20,000 nt of DNA from an uncultured virus (IMG/VR IMGVR_UViG_3300027749_000091) (IMGVR_UViG_3300027749_000091); one strand, 5' to 3'; positions 1-7,729 are shown, counted from the first letter of the stretch. Numbers and translations: made by a program. The notes: a model not told the origin generated them from the letters alone.

Positions 1-356
1 TCGCCACCAAAAGCCAAGACCGCAACAGCAGTATTCGCAGTAGAGTTATAAATCAACGCACCGTTAGCTGTGATATTCGCATTAGTCCAAGAGCTATTCG
101 CAAACGACATAAACGCTACGTTACCAGTAGAGGTAGGGCTTGTACTAATCGTTAGTGTATTACCACCAGCGGTGTAGTTTGAGCTAGAGCTAGTCTGCTC
201 ATTTAAAGTCGTATACGCAGTTGTTGCGTTTGATAGGGTTGCTGAACTAGTATACAAAGCAATCTTATATACGGGTGTTGCACCTGATGTTAAATTTTGT
301 TGACCGGCAAGGATTTGTACCTTGAACGAATCACACATTGCTTGTGTAATAGCCAT
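1..356 (-). CDS. Virion structural protein (Thr/Ser/Ala-rich, tail-associated); 3' end outside window
   Basis: Not in ORF track. Manual translation from ATG at 356 gives MAITQAMCDSFKVQILAGQQNLTSGATPVYKIALYTSSATLSNATTAYTT...GALIYNSTANTAVAVLAFGG, open to the window edge. AGGAG RBS upstream (363-367). Confidence 0.8.
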   Translation of the reverse strand, partial: MAITQAMCDSFKVQILAGQQNLTSGATPVYKIALYTSSATLSNATTAYTTLNEQTSSSSNYTAGGNTLTISTSPTSTGNVAFMSFANSSWTNANITANGALIYNSTANTAVAVLAFGG

Positions 357-392
357 ACTATGCTCCTAAAAAAGTTGATTTTACTACGGTTT

Positions 393-1082
393 TCATGGGT
401 TGACCTTGATTTTAGCTTGTCCATCTCTATAGGCATCGCCTCTTTCAAGCCCTGTACCCAAGCGGTTCAGTTGCTGCATTGCTTCTTGGTACTTGGTGTT
501 GTACATTGCTAGCAAATCTGGCTCACCCTTCATGTAAGTATAAGCCTCTACCAAACTACCATACAACAATGCGGGCGAGTAATTATCACCTAACCAAGAC
601 GTACCAGCATCCACAATTGAGGTTGGATAATAGAAGTAATGAAGTTCAACGCCGTAGTTAGCGTCTGGCTTTGGGCCAAGCATAAAGGCTAATTCATTAG
701 GATCATTCAATCTAGAGCCAAAAAGAGCGTAGTAACGGGGTAGTCCTGTTGCTGTTGGTTCCGGATATGATTCACGAATGAAGTTCACATCTTTGTTTAA
801 AAGGTAGGTATAAGAGCCATCAGATCCAATTACCGCCATTGAATAGGTAGATAAGTAGTCGTTAGGACATCCTAGATAGACCGTGGTAGAAGAACAATTA
901 CCCGTAACGTTTTTCCGCAAAGAAGGTATCTGCACCGTATTATAGATGCGAGCTTCTGCCTGCTGAATGAAGGTATTAATCTGCGTTGTATAGCTGACTG
1001 TACTTCCATTGGCAAGATACGTAGCCGGAAATTGGTTCTCCGTATACGATTGGATCTGCGAAAAAAGATCGTTATAGTTCAT
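393..1082 (-). CDS. Putative head-tail adaptor / tail tubular protein
   Basis: 229 aa. Helical N-terminus (INTFIQQAEARIY), beta-rich middle (GLPRYYA, PKPDANYGVELHYFY), C-terminal LLYGSLVEAYTYMK typical of podovirus adaptor-like proteins; lies in the structural operon. Confidence 0.6.
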   Translation of the reverse strand: MNYNDLFSQIQSYTENQFPATYLANGSTVSYTTQINTFIQQAEARIYNTVQIPSLRKNVTGNCSSTTVYLGCPNDYLSTYSMAVIGSDGSYTYLLNKDVNFIRESYPEPTATGLPRYYALFGSRLNDPNELAFMLGPKPDANYGVELHYFYYPTSIVDAGTSWLGDNYSPALLYGSLVEAYTYMKGEPDLLAMYNTKYQEAMQQLNRLGTGLERGDAYRDGQAKIKVNP

Positions 1083-1339
1083 TAGCCCATTGGTCCTCTG
1101 GACATTACGCCTTTAGTAGCCGCACCAGTACCACGGATCTTAATGCCAGAAGTTTTTACTTCATCGTTCTGTGCCTTAAATACTCCGCCTACAGACATTT
1201 TAATTTCGTCTACGCCGTTGCCAGCCTTAACTACGGCAGCCTTTTCGCTTACTGGTCCACCACTCATGGTGTGTGGTTTAGCATATACAGCAGCCGCACC
1301 AACTTCTTTGCCCATTTTTTTTTCGCTAAATTTAGCCAT
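1082..1339 (-). CDS. Small basic Lys/Gly-rich phage protein
   Basis: 85 aa; TAATG overlaps on both sides; C-terminal KIRGTGAATKG motif. Confidence 0.75.
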   Translation of the reverse strand: MAKFSEKKMGKEVGAAAVYAKPHTMSGGPVSEKAAVVKAGNGVDEIKMSVGGVFKAQNDEVKTSGIKIRGTGAATKGVMSRGPMG

Positions 1340-1521
1340 TATCGACCTCTTTGATTTGCGGCACGAGCCATATTACGACCCATAGCTTTCATGTTTTTGT
1401 TTAAGCTACTTTTGCTGGCTTTTGGGCCGCTCAAAATAACATTCTTACCATCGTTTGGAAATACCTGAGCATCAGTTTTACCTGTCTTAGTTACTCCGTC
1501 TGCTGCTTTTTTATATCCCAT
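1339..1521 (-). CDS. Small basic phage protein
   Basis: 60 aa; AGGAG RBS; stop overlaps next start. Confidence 0.75.
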   Translation of the reverse strand: MGYKKAADGVTKTGKTDAQVFPNDGKNVILSGPKASKSSLNKNMKAMGRNMARAANQRGR

Positions 1522-1530
1522 GTCCTACTC

Positions 1531-1959
1531 CTAAGTTATGCTAATTGTTACACTACCTACCTGCCCATAGCCTTTTAAATCGTCTGGCGTTAGGGGATTA
1601 TCAAATAATTTTGATCCACCAACTGGATTCCAATTCCACTGAAACACCCTACTACCCATATCTGGTTCACCAAACCCATAAACCCCGGTGCCACCGTTAA
1701 TATTAATCTGCAACCCGTTAGTACCTGACTGCTGATAACTTACATCTGGTCTTGGATCCCGTACTGCTTGTGGATCATCGACCGGGTACATACCTAATTG
1801 CAACTGCGGCTGGTCTGGGTCCCAACAGCTTGGACATACCTTGATATTATATAGTTTAGTTTTGAGTACTTGCTTTTTTAATTCCTTTAGCTTGAACTGT
1901 TGTCCACAACGATCACAGATTGAAATTGCCCATTTCCCGCTTGCGTATTTAGAGGGCAT
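1531..1959 (-). CDS. Phage protein with putative zinc-binding CxxC...CxxC
   Basis: 142 aa; CDRC and CPSC motifs followed by WDPDQPQL and DPQAVRDPRPD. Confidence 0.75.
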   Translation of the reverse strand: MPSKYASGKWAISICDRCGQQFKLKELKKQVLKTKLYNIKVCPSCWDPDQPQLQLGMYPVDDPQAVRDPRPDVSYQQSGTNGLQININGGTGVYGFGEPDMGSRVFQWNWNPVGGSKLFDNPLTPDDLKGYGQVGSVTISIT

Positions 1960-2617
1960 TTAGATCACCTATACATTCTGGGTATCGCCTCGCATATTCT
2001 GTTGTCCAGCTAGTTCCATAGTTACGTTTCATGTTTGATATTCTACCTGCTTTGCGCCGATTTTCTACTTGTTCTGGGGTACATTTATGCCCTTTGTTGA
2101 AAGCTTTTCCTTTTCTTGCGGCAACTGCATTTGCCCTATATTCTGGTGTAGCCCACAGTTTTTTAGTTCTTTCTGAGCGTTTTATTTTTTCTCCATCAGT
2201 CATTGATTCTTGAATGGCTTTGGTTACTTTTGCTCTATATTCCTGCTCAGACCACAGCCTAACGGATGCTTTTCCTACTTTAATTTTATGCTCATTGGAA
2301 ATTGTAGAGCCAAGCGGAATTCCTGCATAGGCGCTTTTTGACTGGTTATATTTAGGATTTAATTTTTTCATAGCTAGCTGTTCATAATCGCGCATTTTTT
2401 CAGGAGAACAAACTAATAAAACCTTAAATTCAAACGCACTTTTTCCATATTTAGTCCAAGCATTTTGTAAATAACTATTTTGATGACTTTGGTTATTTAG
2501 TGCTGACATATGCTGTTTATATCTTTTATTAATTTTTTTAGATGAGCCAATATACTCATTACCAGACTCAATATGTCTAATAACGTAAACGCCAGAGTTT
2601 TCTAGTCCAGTAAACAT
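1949..2617 (-). CDS. Free-standing GIY-YIG homing endonuclease
   Basis: SGVYVIRHIESGNEYIGSS-x5-RYKQH, HQNSYLQNAWTKYG, conserved Glu (YEQ) and Asn (KYN); basic C-terminal region with two W-x3-EYR repeats. Start moved to ATG 2617, 1 nt after the upstream stop. Confidence 0.9.
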   Translation of the reverse strand: MFTGLENSGVYVIRHIESGNEYIGSSKKINKRYKQHMSALNNQSHQNSYLQNAWTKYGKSAFEFKVLLVCSPEKMRDYEQLAMKKLNPKYNQSKSAYAGIPLGSTISNEHKIKVGKASVRLWSEQEYRAKVTKAIQESMTDGEKIKRSERTKKLWATPEYRANAVAARKGKAFNKGHKCTPEQVENRRKAGRISNMKRNYGTSWTTEYARRYPECIGDLNAL

Positions 2618-2618
2618 A

Positions 2619-3539
2619 TCAATAAAACATCTGTCTTGGTACAAATCTAATCGCAGCCTTTTCACGGTCTTCATCAGCCGCTAATTGAAACTGCTGCTCA
2701 TAATCCGCCTTTAATGCCATTACTCTATTTGGGTCTACTTCTGGCTTTTTCATAGCAATATAGTATGCTAATCCTGCAACCATGCAAGGTAAAAAACGAA
2801 AAGGAATGTCTTGTTCTGTAACACCATTACCGGCATCTTGAAGTCGTCTTAATCTCCAGTACACAAACATATACTGACTTCCCGGTGAATTCGGTGTAGG
2901 CCAGACATTAATGCTAGGTAGGTTAGACGTATAAACTGTTGTAGTTACTAAATGACTAGTTGCTGTAGTACCGTTTTGGCCCCTAGCGCAGTTAATTAGT
3001 TGGTTTCCGCTAACGTTGGCGTAGTAAATTGTTTCTGTGTTTAAATTAATAAACCCATTAGAAGCTACTTGTGTTGCATCACTTACATCAATAGTAGTTG
3101 CTGAGGAGGTTATATTAGCCGTTAAAACAGCCGTGGTAGGGTTTGTTTGGCCTGTCTGACGGTTGATCCACACTTGTATCGGACGGCCCTGTGTAAGCTT
3201 ATTTGGCAGTGTTGAATAGGTAGACTCAGAAATACGGGTAATGTTAATGTCAATCTGATTAGATGTGCCGTTGTTTGTACGGATTACTTGGTCTAATAGG
3301 TCAATGGTATCAACAGGAAACGGATAAGCGGCTTGCCCAGTAACCATAGGGATTTGGCCTTGCTCAATAGTCCAGAGATTAATGCCCCGGTTTGCCCATT
3401 CAATTGTTAATAAATTTAAAGACCTACGGGCGGTACGCATGTCATAACCCGTGCGCAGCTCTAAGCCAGCCCGCTCAAATGCCTCTTCAACTAAGTCGTT
3501 GAGGTCTAGGTTAAATGCATTAGTACCTGTTGTTGTCAT
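2619..3539 (-). CDS. Putative head-tail connector / tail tubular protein with an inserted beta-rich domain
   Basis: 306 aa; LVEEAFERAG...ARRSLNLLTIEWANRGINLW N-terminus, GRPIQVWINR, VWPTP, and CMVAGLAYYIAMK C-terminus resemble podovirus connector proteins. Confidence 0.6.
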   Translation of the reverse strand: MTTTGTNAFNLDLNDLVEEAFERAGLELRTGYDMRTARRSLNLLTIEWANRGINLWTIEQGQIPMVTGQAAYPFPVDTIDLLDQVIRTNNGTSNQIDINITRISESTYSTLPNKLTQGRPIQVWINRQTGQTNPTTAVLTANITSSATTIDVSDATQVASNGFINLNTETIYYANVSGNQLINCARGQNGTTATSHLVTTTVYTSNLPSINVWPTPNSPGSQYMFVYWRLRRLQDAGNGVTEQDIPFRFLPCMVAGLAYYIAMKKPEVDPNRVMALKADYEQQFQLAADEDREKAAIRFVPRQMFY

Positions 3540-3745
3540 AGTGCTGAGGCTGCTTTCATTGCGTTAAGTTCCGCAGTTAGTCTTGCTATTTCTTCATCTC
3601 TCTCGTCTAATTTTCTCATTAGCCCGGAGTTCATATCTGCCCAAAGTACCATATCCTTCATGCGCTCTTTGTGGTCATCAAACATAACTTTAAATAACTT
3701 ATCAGAAGCTTCCATCTGACGGTCAATAAAATCTTCAGGTTTCAT
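3536..3745 (-). CDS. Small coiled-coil hypothetical protein
   Basis: 69 aa; ATGA overlaps at both ends. Confidence 0.7.
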   Translation of the reverse strand: MKPEDFIDRQMEASDKLFKVMFDDHKERMKDMVLWADMNSGLMRKLDERDEEIARLTAELNAMKAASAL

Positions 3746-3918
3746 TTTAAGCCTTTTAATGTCTCCGCTAATCTAGCACGTTTGCCTAATTTACCGGGTT
3801 TCTTTGCCGCAGCAGCCAGTTTGCTTTCCGGAATTGGTTTACCAGCTTTAGCGCCAAGCGCCTTACGCAGTGATCCGGGTTTCTTAATTGCGTCTTGAAT
3901 CCAGTTTTTAGTAGCCAT
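3742..3918 (-). CDS. Small highly basic protein (58 aa)
   Basis: Not in ORF track. MATKNWIQDAIKKPGSLRKALGAKAGKPIPESKLAAAAKKPGKLGKRARLAETLKGLK; fills the gap exactly with TAATG and ATGA overlaps. Confidence 0.85.
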   Translation of the reverse strand: MATKNWIQDAIKKPGSLRKALGAKAGKPIPESKLAAAAKKPGKLGKRARLAETLKGLK

Positions 3919-4232
3919 TATTTTTTCGCTGTTTTTAAAGAGTTAATAAAGTCTTGCTTAGATGGCGCACCTTTAGTTCCGGGTTTTCTCATCTTCTCAC
4001 CAGAACCAGCGGCAATCCGTTTTCTCTTGGCGTTAATATTATCGTAAAGTCCGCCAGAAGCCATTTTTTTAGGTTTAATGCCTTTTTCTTTCATTGATAT
4101 AGCAGTGGCAGCTTGTTGGGCCAATCCACCTTCTTTAAATTGAGTAAAGTCAGTATTATCCCTACGCGGCTTCTTTACGCCACTAGGCATTTTAGATGGG
4201 GCAATATCGCCCATACCGCGGCTAGGTCTCAT
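3918..4232 (-). CDS. Small basic protein with xxxGG motifs
   Basis: 104 aa; FKEGG, MASGG, then LYDNINAKRKRIAAGSGEKMRKPG; overlapping start/stop junctions. Confidence 0.8.
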   Translation of the reverse strand: MRPSRGMGDIAPSKMPSGVKKPRRDNTDFTQFKEGGLAQQAATAISMKEKGIKPKKMASGGLYDNINAKRKRIAAGSGEKMRKPGTKGAPSKQDFINSLKTAKK

Positions 4233-4468
4233 ACCATTTTTCCTTTGGTTTTACCCTTAACGCAACATCCGTCTGCACGAGCAGAGGCTGTACCGCCTTT
4301 TTTCATGCCAGTTACATTGCCCATAGTATCAACGGCAGGAATGTTTTGTTCGGTTGTGCCAAACATTTCATAATCGCGCTGCTTTTCCTGACGGATTCCA
4401 CGCTCTTTATTGGCTTTGTAATAAGCCTCGCGCTTCTCTTTTTCTTTGCCGGTTTCTGTATATGGCAT
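4229..4468 (-). CDS. Small protein with C-terminal KGG...ADGC..KGKTKG motif
   Basis: 79 aa; ends MKKGGTASARADGCCVKGKTKGKMV. Confidence 0.8.
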   Translation of the reverse strand: MPYTETGKEKEKREAYYKANKERGIRQEKQRDYEMFGTTEQNIPAVDTMGNVTGMKKGGTASARADGCCVKGKTKGKMV

Positions 4469-4928
4469 GATTAACAGGCTCCGCCCATTTTCATTTTAAT
4501 CATAGTACCTTTGGTTTTGCCTTTAGTAGCACAACCATCAGCGCGAGCAGATGCAGATCCGCCTTTGGCTAATTTTAAAGTTGTACCTTTACCGCCTTTA
4601 TGCTCTTGCATATCGTGCTGTTTAAAAGCTTTTTTAATCATAGCCGTGTCTTGGGCTTTGTCCATTTTTGTATCTTCTTTCATGTCACTTTTCATAATTC
4701 CACCACCTTTAAATGTTTTGCCTTTATCGGCTTTGTTGAAATCCATTCCCACTGATTGCGGAATACCAACTTTCTTTGCAAATGCTGGGTTATGCGCAAC
4801 TGCCGCCATAAGATTATGCTGTTTTTTAGATACGCTAGGCATTATACAAACCGCCCTTTAGTTTTACCCTTAATAGCACAACCATCGCCCCGCTTGGAGG
4901 CTGAAGATACAGTACCACCTTTAGCTTT
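4232..4928 (-). repeat. Three diverged copies of a ~25-codon C-terminal module (4232-4306, 4474-4572, 4845-4928)
   Basis: Protein consensus KGG-x(1-4)-AS-[AK]-R-[AG]-DGC-[AC]-x-KGKTKG-x-[MF]-[VI]; many DNA differences between copies are synonymous. Confidence 0.9.
4471..4842 (-). CDS. Small basic protein with C-terminal KGG...ADGC..KGKTKG motif
   Basis: 123 aa; ends LAKGGSASARADGCATKGKTKGTMIKMKMGGAC. Confidence 0.8.
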   Translation of the reverse strand: MPSVSKKQHNLMAAVAHNPAFAKKVGIPQSVGMDFNKADKGKTFKGGGIMKSDMKEDTKMDKAQDTAMIKKAFKQHDMQEHKGGKGTTLKLAKGGSASARADGCATKGKTKGTMIKMKMGGAC

Positions 4929-5285
4929 TTTCTTAACAGCGCCACCTTTTTTCATGCCAGCCATACCAGCACTCATAGGTCTACTAACATCTTGACCACG
5001 AAGCATAGGACCCATTTCTAAACCACCGGCAGTTTGTTCATCTTGACCATAATCTTTAGTTGCACGACCAAGTCTAGGAGGAAGACTAGGAGGAAGAACA
5101 GCCATTTGAGGGGGCATAGCTCCACCAAGTCCGCCAGCCATAGGTCTTCCACCACGTAAACCAATAGCAGCAGGGATAGCGGCAGCAACAGGAACGTCAG
5201 CTACAGGAGCGTCATCTACATATGTACCTGAATCGCCGTTCATAACATAACGTCCGCCAGCAGCAAATTTTTTCATCTTTTTCAT
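4842..5285 (-). CDS. Low-complexity Gly/Met/Pro-rich protein with C-terminal KGG...GDGC..KGKTKG motif
   Basis: Ends KAKGGTVSSASKRGDGCAIKGKTKGRFV; start placed at 5285 (ATGA overlap with upstream stop). Confidence 0.75.
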   Translation of the reverse strand: MKKMKKFAAGGRYVMNGDSGTYVDDAPVADVPVAAAIPAAIGLRGGRPMAGGLGGAMPPQMAVLPPSLPPRLGRATKDYGQDEQTAGGLEMGPMLRGQDVSRPMSAGMAGMKKGGAVKKKAKGGTVSSASKRGDGCAIKGKTKGRFV

Positions 5286-5527
5286 TTTTGTCCCCAATAT
5301 CCAGCAATAAACCCAGCCACACCAGTTAAAAAACTAATAAAACCACCAATAGCCATTAATGTTTTCCATCCACCCTTAGCTTCAGATAGGGTTTTTTCAA
5401 TGTTTTGGAGCGTGGTTTTAATTTCAGCCATCTCCTTTATCATCTTATCCATATCTTCCTGCAAGTGTTCAATGTTACTAGCGTGGGTGGCTAATTCTCT
5501 TGCTGTTTCAATTGCGTCAATACTCAT
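5282..5527 (-). CDS. Coiled-coil protein with C-terminal transmembrane helix (XhlA/holin-like architecture)
   Basis: 81 aa; heptad N-terminus, then GGWKTLMAIGGFISFLTGVAGFIAGYW. Confidence 0.6.
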   Translation of the reverse strand: MSIDAIETARELATHASNIEHLQEDMDKMIKEMAEIKTTLQNIEKTLSEAKGGWKTLMAIGGFISFLTGVAGFIAGYWGQK

Positions 5528-5528
5528 T

Positions 5529-5786
5529 TTAACATTTCCATCGAGCTAGACTAGCCGCTTTACGAGTAGGTCTACCCTTCTCGTCTTTCATTGGACCGGG
5601 CATACCAGACATACGTGCGCAGAATGATTTCTTCCTAGCACCACCTTCGGGCTGTGGAGCCTTTAGGTTAGATCCAGTAGCGGCGTTATACTTTGCACGG
5701 CCTTTGGCAGTTAGCCCAGCCCCCTTAGATACAGGAAGCTTTTCACCACGACCTATTGCTAGAGAGGGGCCTTTTTTCTTAGCCAT
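5529..5786 (-). CDS. Conserved small basic phage protein (resembles DUF6321, from memory)
   Basis: 85 aa; GLTAKGRAKYN, RKKSFCARMSG, LARWKC end. Confidence 0.65.
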   Translation of the reverse strand: MAKKKGPSLAIGRGEKLPVSKGAGLTAKGRAKYNAATGSNLKAPQPEGGARKKSFCARMSGMPGPMKDEKGRPTRKAASLARWKC

Positions 5787-6069
5787 AAAACACCGTAATA
5801 GCTGCGTTAGCTGGTAATGTTATATAAACGCCATTATCAAAACGAATACCTTCACCCGGTATTAATGTAGAAATAATAGCAGTATTAACAGTAGTATCAA
5901 GCTGTAAACGTTGTGTGCCAGTAGTAGTATTAGCGGCAGTATCGTAAAAATTAATTTGCCCCGCAGTGCCGCCGGGAGCTACTTGATAGCCTTTTACTCG
6001 TACTGTACCTGTAATAGCTTGTGCATTTGCATTTAAATGCGCCATTTTTACGTCATATTGCATCGTCAT
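5779..6069 (-). CDS. Small beta-rich virion protein
   Basis: 96 aa; AGGAG RBS; IPGEGIRFDNGVY...ITVFYG end; downstream of capsid gene. Confidence 0.7.
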   Translation of the reverse strand: MTMQYDVKMAHLNANAQAITGTVRVKGYQVAPGGTAGQINFYDTAANTTTGTQRLQLDTTVNTAIISTLIPGEGIRFDNGVYITLPANAAITVFYG

Positions 6070-6093
6070 AATTAATCTCCTAAAGATTTAAGT

Positions 6094-6109
6094 GGGGGAC
6101 AAATCCCCC
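6094..6109 (-). other. Intergenic hairpin GGGGGA-N4-TCCCCC
   Basis: 6-bp stem with 4-nt loop between two genes; no U-tract follows on the minus strand, so more likely a stability/pause element than a terminator. Confidence 0.5.
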
Positions 6110-6117
6110 TAGATTAA

Positions 6118-6627
6118 TTAAACGTTTTGCTGACCATTGTCCGCAACGTAGTAACGAATAGATCCAGTAACTGGACCACCAACAGCACCAGCAGTACCAA
6201 TAGCAGAAGTAACAATAAATAAGTTGGTTGCATTAGCAACGTTACCTAAAGAAGCGCCTGCGCCTGTACTGCCTAGAGTAATTGCTTGGCGGGTTGTTAC
6301 GTTACCATTTAATACAAATGCGCCGGGAACGTTAGTACCTAGAACAATTGGTTGTCCGGGGCCGCCACCACTAATTGGGGTAAACCCTATGTTACAGGTA
6401 GAATTAGCGCCTGTAGATGGGGTAGCAATATTAACAGCCAATACAACAGTGTTAGCTGGCAGAATAATTGGGGCCGTATTGGTAGCTGAAACCACTACGT
6501 TTGCGGTAGTAGAAGATGTGTTAGCGATATAAAACTGGGCAACCATGTCCATCGAACCAGCATAAGCTGTACGAGTTTGGTCACCACCTGTTGAACGCCA
6601 TAAAGCTGAGGTAGTTGCTAAAGTCAT
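6118..6627 (-). CDS. Putative capsid-associated/decoration protein
   Basis: Thr/Ala/Gly/Val-rich beta protein; start placed at ATG 6627, downstream of AAGGA. Confidence 0.65.
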   Translation of the reverse strand: MTLATTSALWRSTGGDQTRTAYAGSMDMVAQFYIANTSSTTANVVVSATNTAPIILPANTVVLAVNIATPSTGANSTCNIGFTPISGGGPGQPIVLGTNVPGAFVLNGNVTTRQAITLGSTGAGASLGNVANATNLFIVTSAIGTAGAVGGPVTGSIRYYVADNGQQNV

Positions 6628-6641
6628 GATAAATTGTCCTT

Positions 6642-6709
6642 GCATATAAGATCAGCTTATCAATCAATATGCTGTCTGCCGGGACAGTTTGATAAGCCGG
6701 TTTTCCCGG
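6642..6709 (-). ncRNA. Structured, probably pseudoknotted 5' leader RNA (candidate Polynucleobacter-1-like motif)
   Basis: 9-bp perfect stem (6655-6663/6689-6697) plus crossing 6-bp pairings 6679-6684/6704-6709 and 6642-6647/6667-6672. Family assignment is from memory only. Confidence 0.6.
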
Positions 6710-6717
6710 TTTATACG

Positions 6718-6745
6718 ATCATACTACATTTTAAATTTTGTGCAA
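6718..6745 (-). promoter_or_regulatory. Sigma70-type promoter TTGCAC-N16-TATGAT
   Basis: Lies between the capsid terminator and the structured leader; predicted start about 6711. Confidence 0.6.
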
Positions 6746-6753
6746 GTATTTAC

Positions 6754-6786
6754 AAAAGAAAAACCCCGCCTTTTGAGCGGGGTCTT
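6754..6786 (-). terminator. Rho-independent terminator after major capsid gene
   Basis: Minus strand ACCCCGC-TCAAAAG-GCGGGGT followed by TTTTCTTTT. Confidence 0.85.
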
Positions 6787-6808
6787 CGTAAGTCTTATAT
6801 AAGACTAA

Positions 6809-7717
6809 TTAAGCACCAGCAGATCCAAACATACCAAGAGGATCAGACCAGCCAAAGCTATAACGCTCACGTGACTTGTAGCGGACATTGCCCGTGTCGA
6901 AGTCGCCGTCCATTGACTGAGCCAAAGGCGAGCGCACAAAGTGCTTCATACCGTTTGGAACGTCCGTGGTCAAGAACCAACCATTGGTGTCGGTCAAGAA
7001 ATGGTTAATGGTGTAACCTTCCGAAACAGAACCGTTGTTCTTAATTGCGTTGATATCATTGTCGTTTGTACCAACACGCAATTCAGTTTCGAGCAAGCGA
7101 GTTGCAACGAATTGGAGTGCAGGAGGAACAATCAACTTCTTAGGTTTGGAAGCAATTAACAAACCACGCTCATCCGTCCACAAGCTAATTTGAATAACGG
7201 CGGCTTCTAAAGAAGTCTCGTTTAAGTCAGCAGGGGTTGAAGGAATGTTGCTGTTAACACCGCCGTTTACCAATGGGTGTGATGCGCTGAATAAAGGAAC
7301 GCCGTCGCCACCGTTATAGCCAGTAGTGAAACCGTTGTTTAATACAGCAGCAGCTTTAACCTGTTTGGTATAAGCCATAGCACGAGCTAAGGACTTGGTG
7401 TAGCGAGCTGATAAAGAATCATAGAGGTTATCTTCGATTGCTTCTTCAGTTAAGCTAAAGCCAAGGGCAATAGTTTCGTGGTTGTAGCGAGCTGTCCATG
7501 CTTCTTGAGCATTGTCATAAGCGATGGCAGAACCTTCGTTTTTAACAGGTGCAGCAGAAAAGCCAGAAAGCTTTGTTTCTTCTTCGAAAGAACGCTCTGA
7601 GGTCTCAGTTTCGTAGATCTCTTTGTGTTCTTCACCGTAGCGAGCATACTCTAAACCGAACAATGCATTCAGTCCGGGGAGCAACTCTTTCAGTAGTTGT
7701 GCGCGTGAAATAGCCAT
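6809..7717 (-). CDS. Major capsid protein (HK97 fold, Mu gpT-like family)
   Basis: 302 aa; MAISRAQLLKELLPGLNALFGLEY, TEEAIEDNLY, GGDGVPLFSASHP, PKKLIVPPAL, RERYSFGWSDP; followed by a terminator; AGGAG RBS. Confidence 0.92.
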   Translation of the reverse strand: MAISRAQLLKELLPGLNALFGLEYARYGEEHKEIYETETSERSFEEETKLSGFSAAPVKNEGSAIAYDNAQEAWTARYNHETIALGFSLTEEAIEDNLYDSLSARYTKSLARAMAYTKQVKAAAVLNNGFTTGYNGGDGVPLFSASHPLVNGGVNSNIPSTPADLNETSLEAAVIQISLWTDERGLLIASKPKKLIVPPALQFVATRLLETELRVGTNDNDINAIKNNGSVSEGYTINHFLTDTNGWFLTTDVPNGMKHFVRSPLAQSMDGDFDTGNVRYKSRERYSFGWSDPLGMFGSAGA

Positions 7718-7729
7718 TTAATTAGCTCC

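Noticed and set aside
1949..2617. Group I intron around the GIY-YIG gene
   Set aside because: Flanking genes are complete and abut the ORF, leaving no room for an intron core.
4229..4928. CRISPR array or DGR template/variable repeat
   Set aside because: Repeats are in-frame coding modules with largely synonymous divergence, without regular spacers or an evident adenine-specific pattern; no RT or cas gene in the window.
6672..6687. Second CTGT-N8-ACAG match (CTGTCTGCCGGGACAG)
   Set aside because: The spacer is GC-rich, unlike LexA boxes, and the symmetry is explained by the RNA structure; weak binding cannot be excluded.
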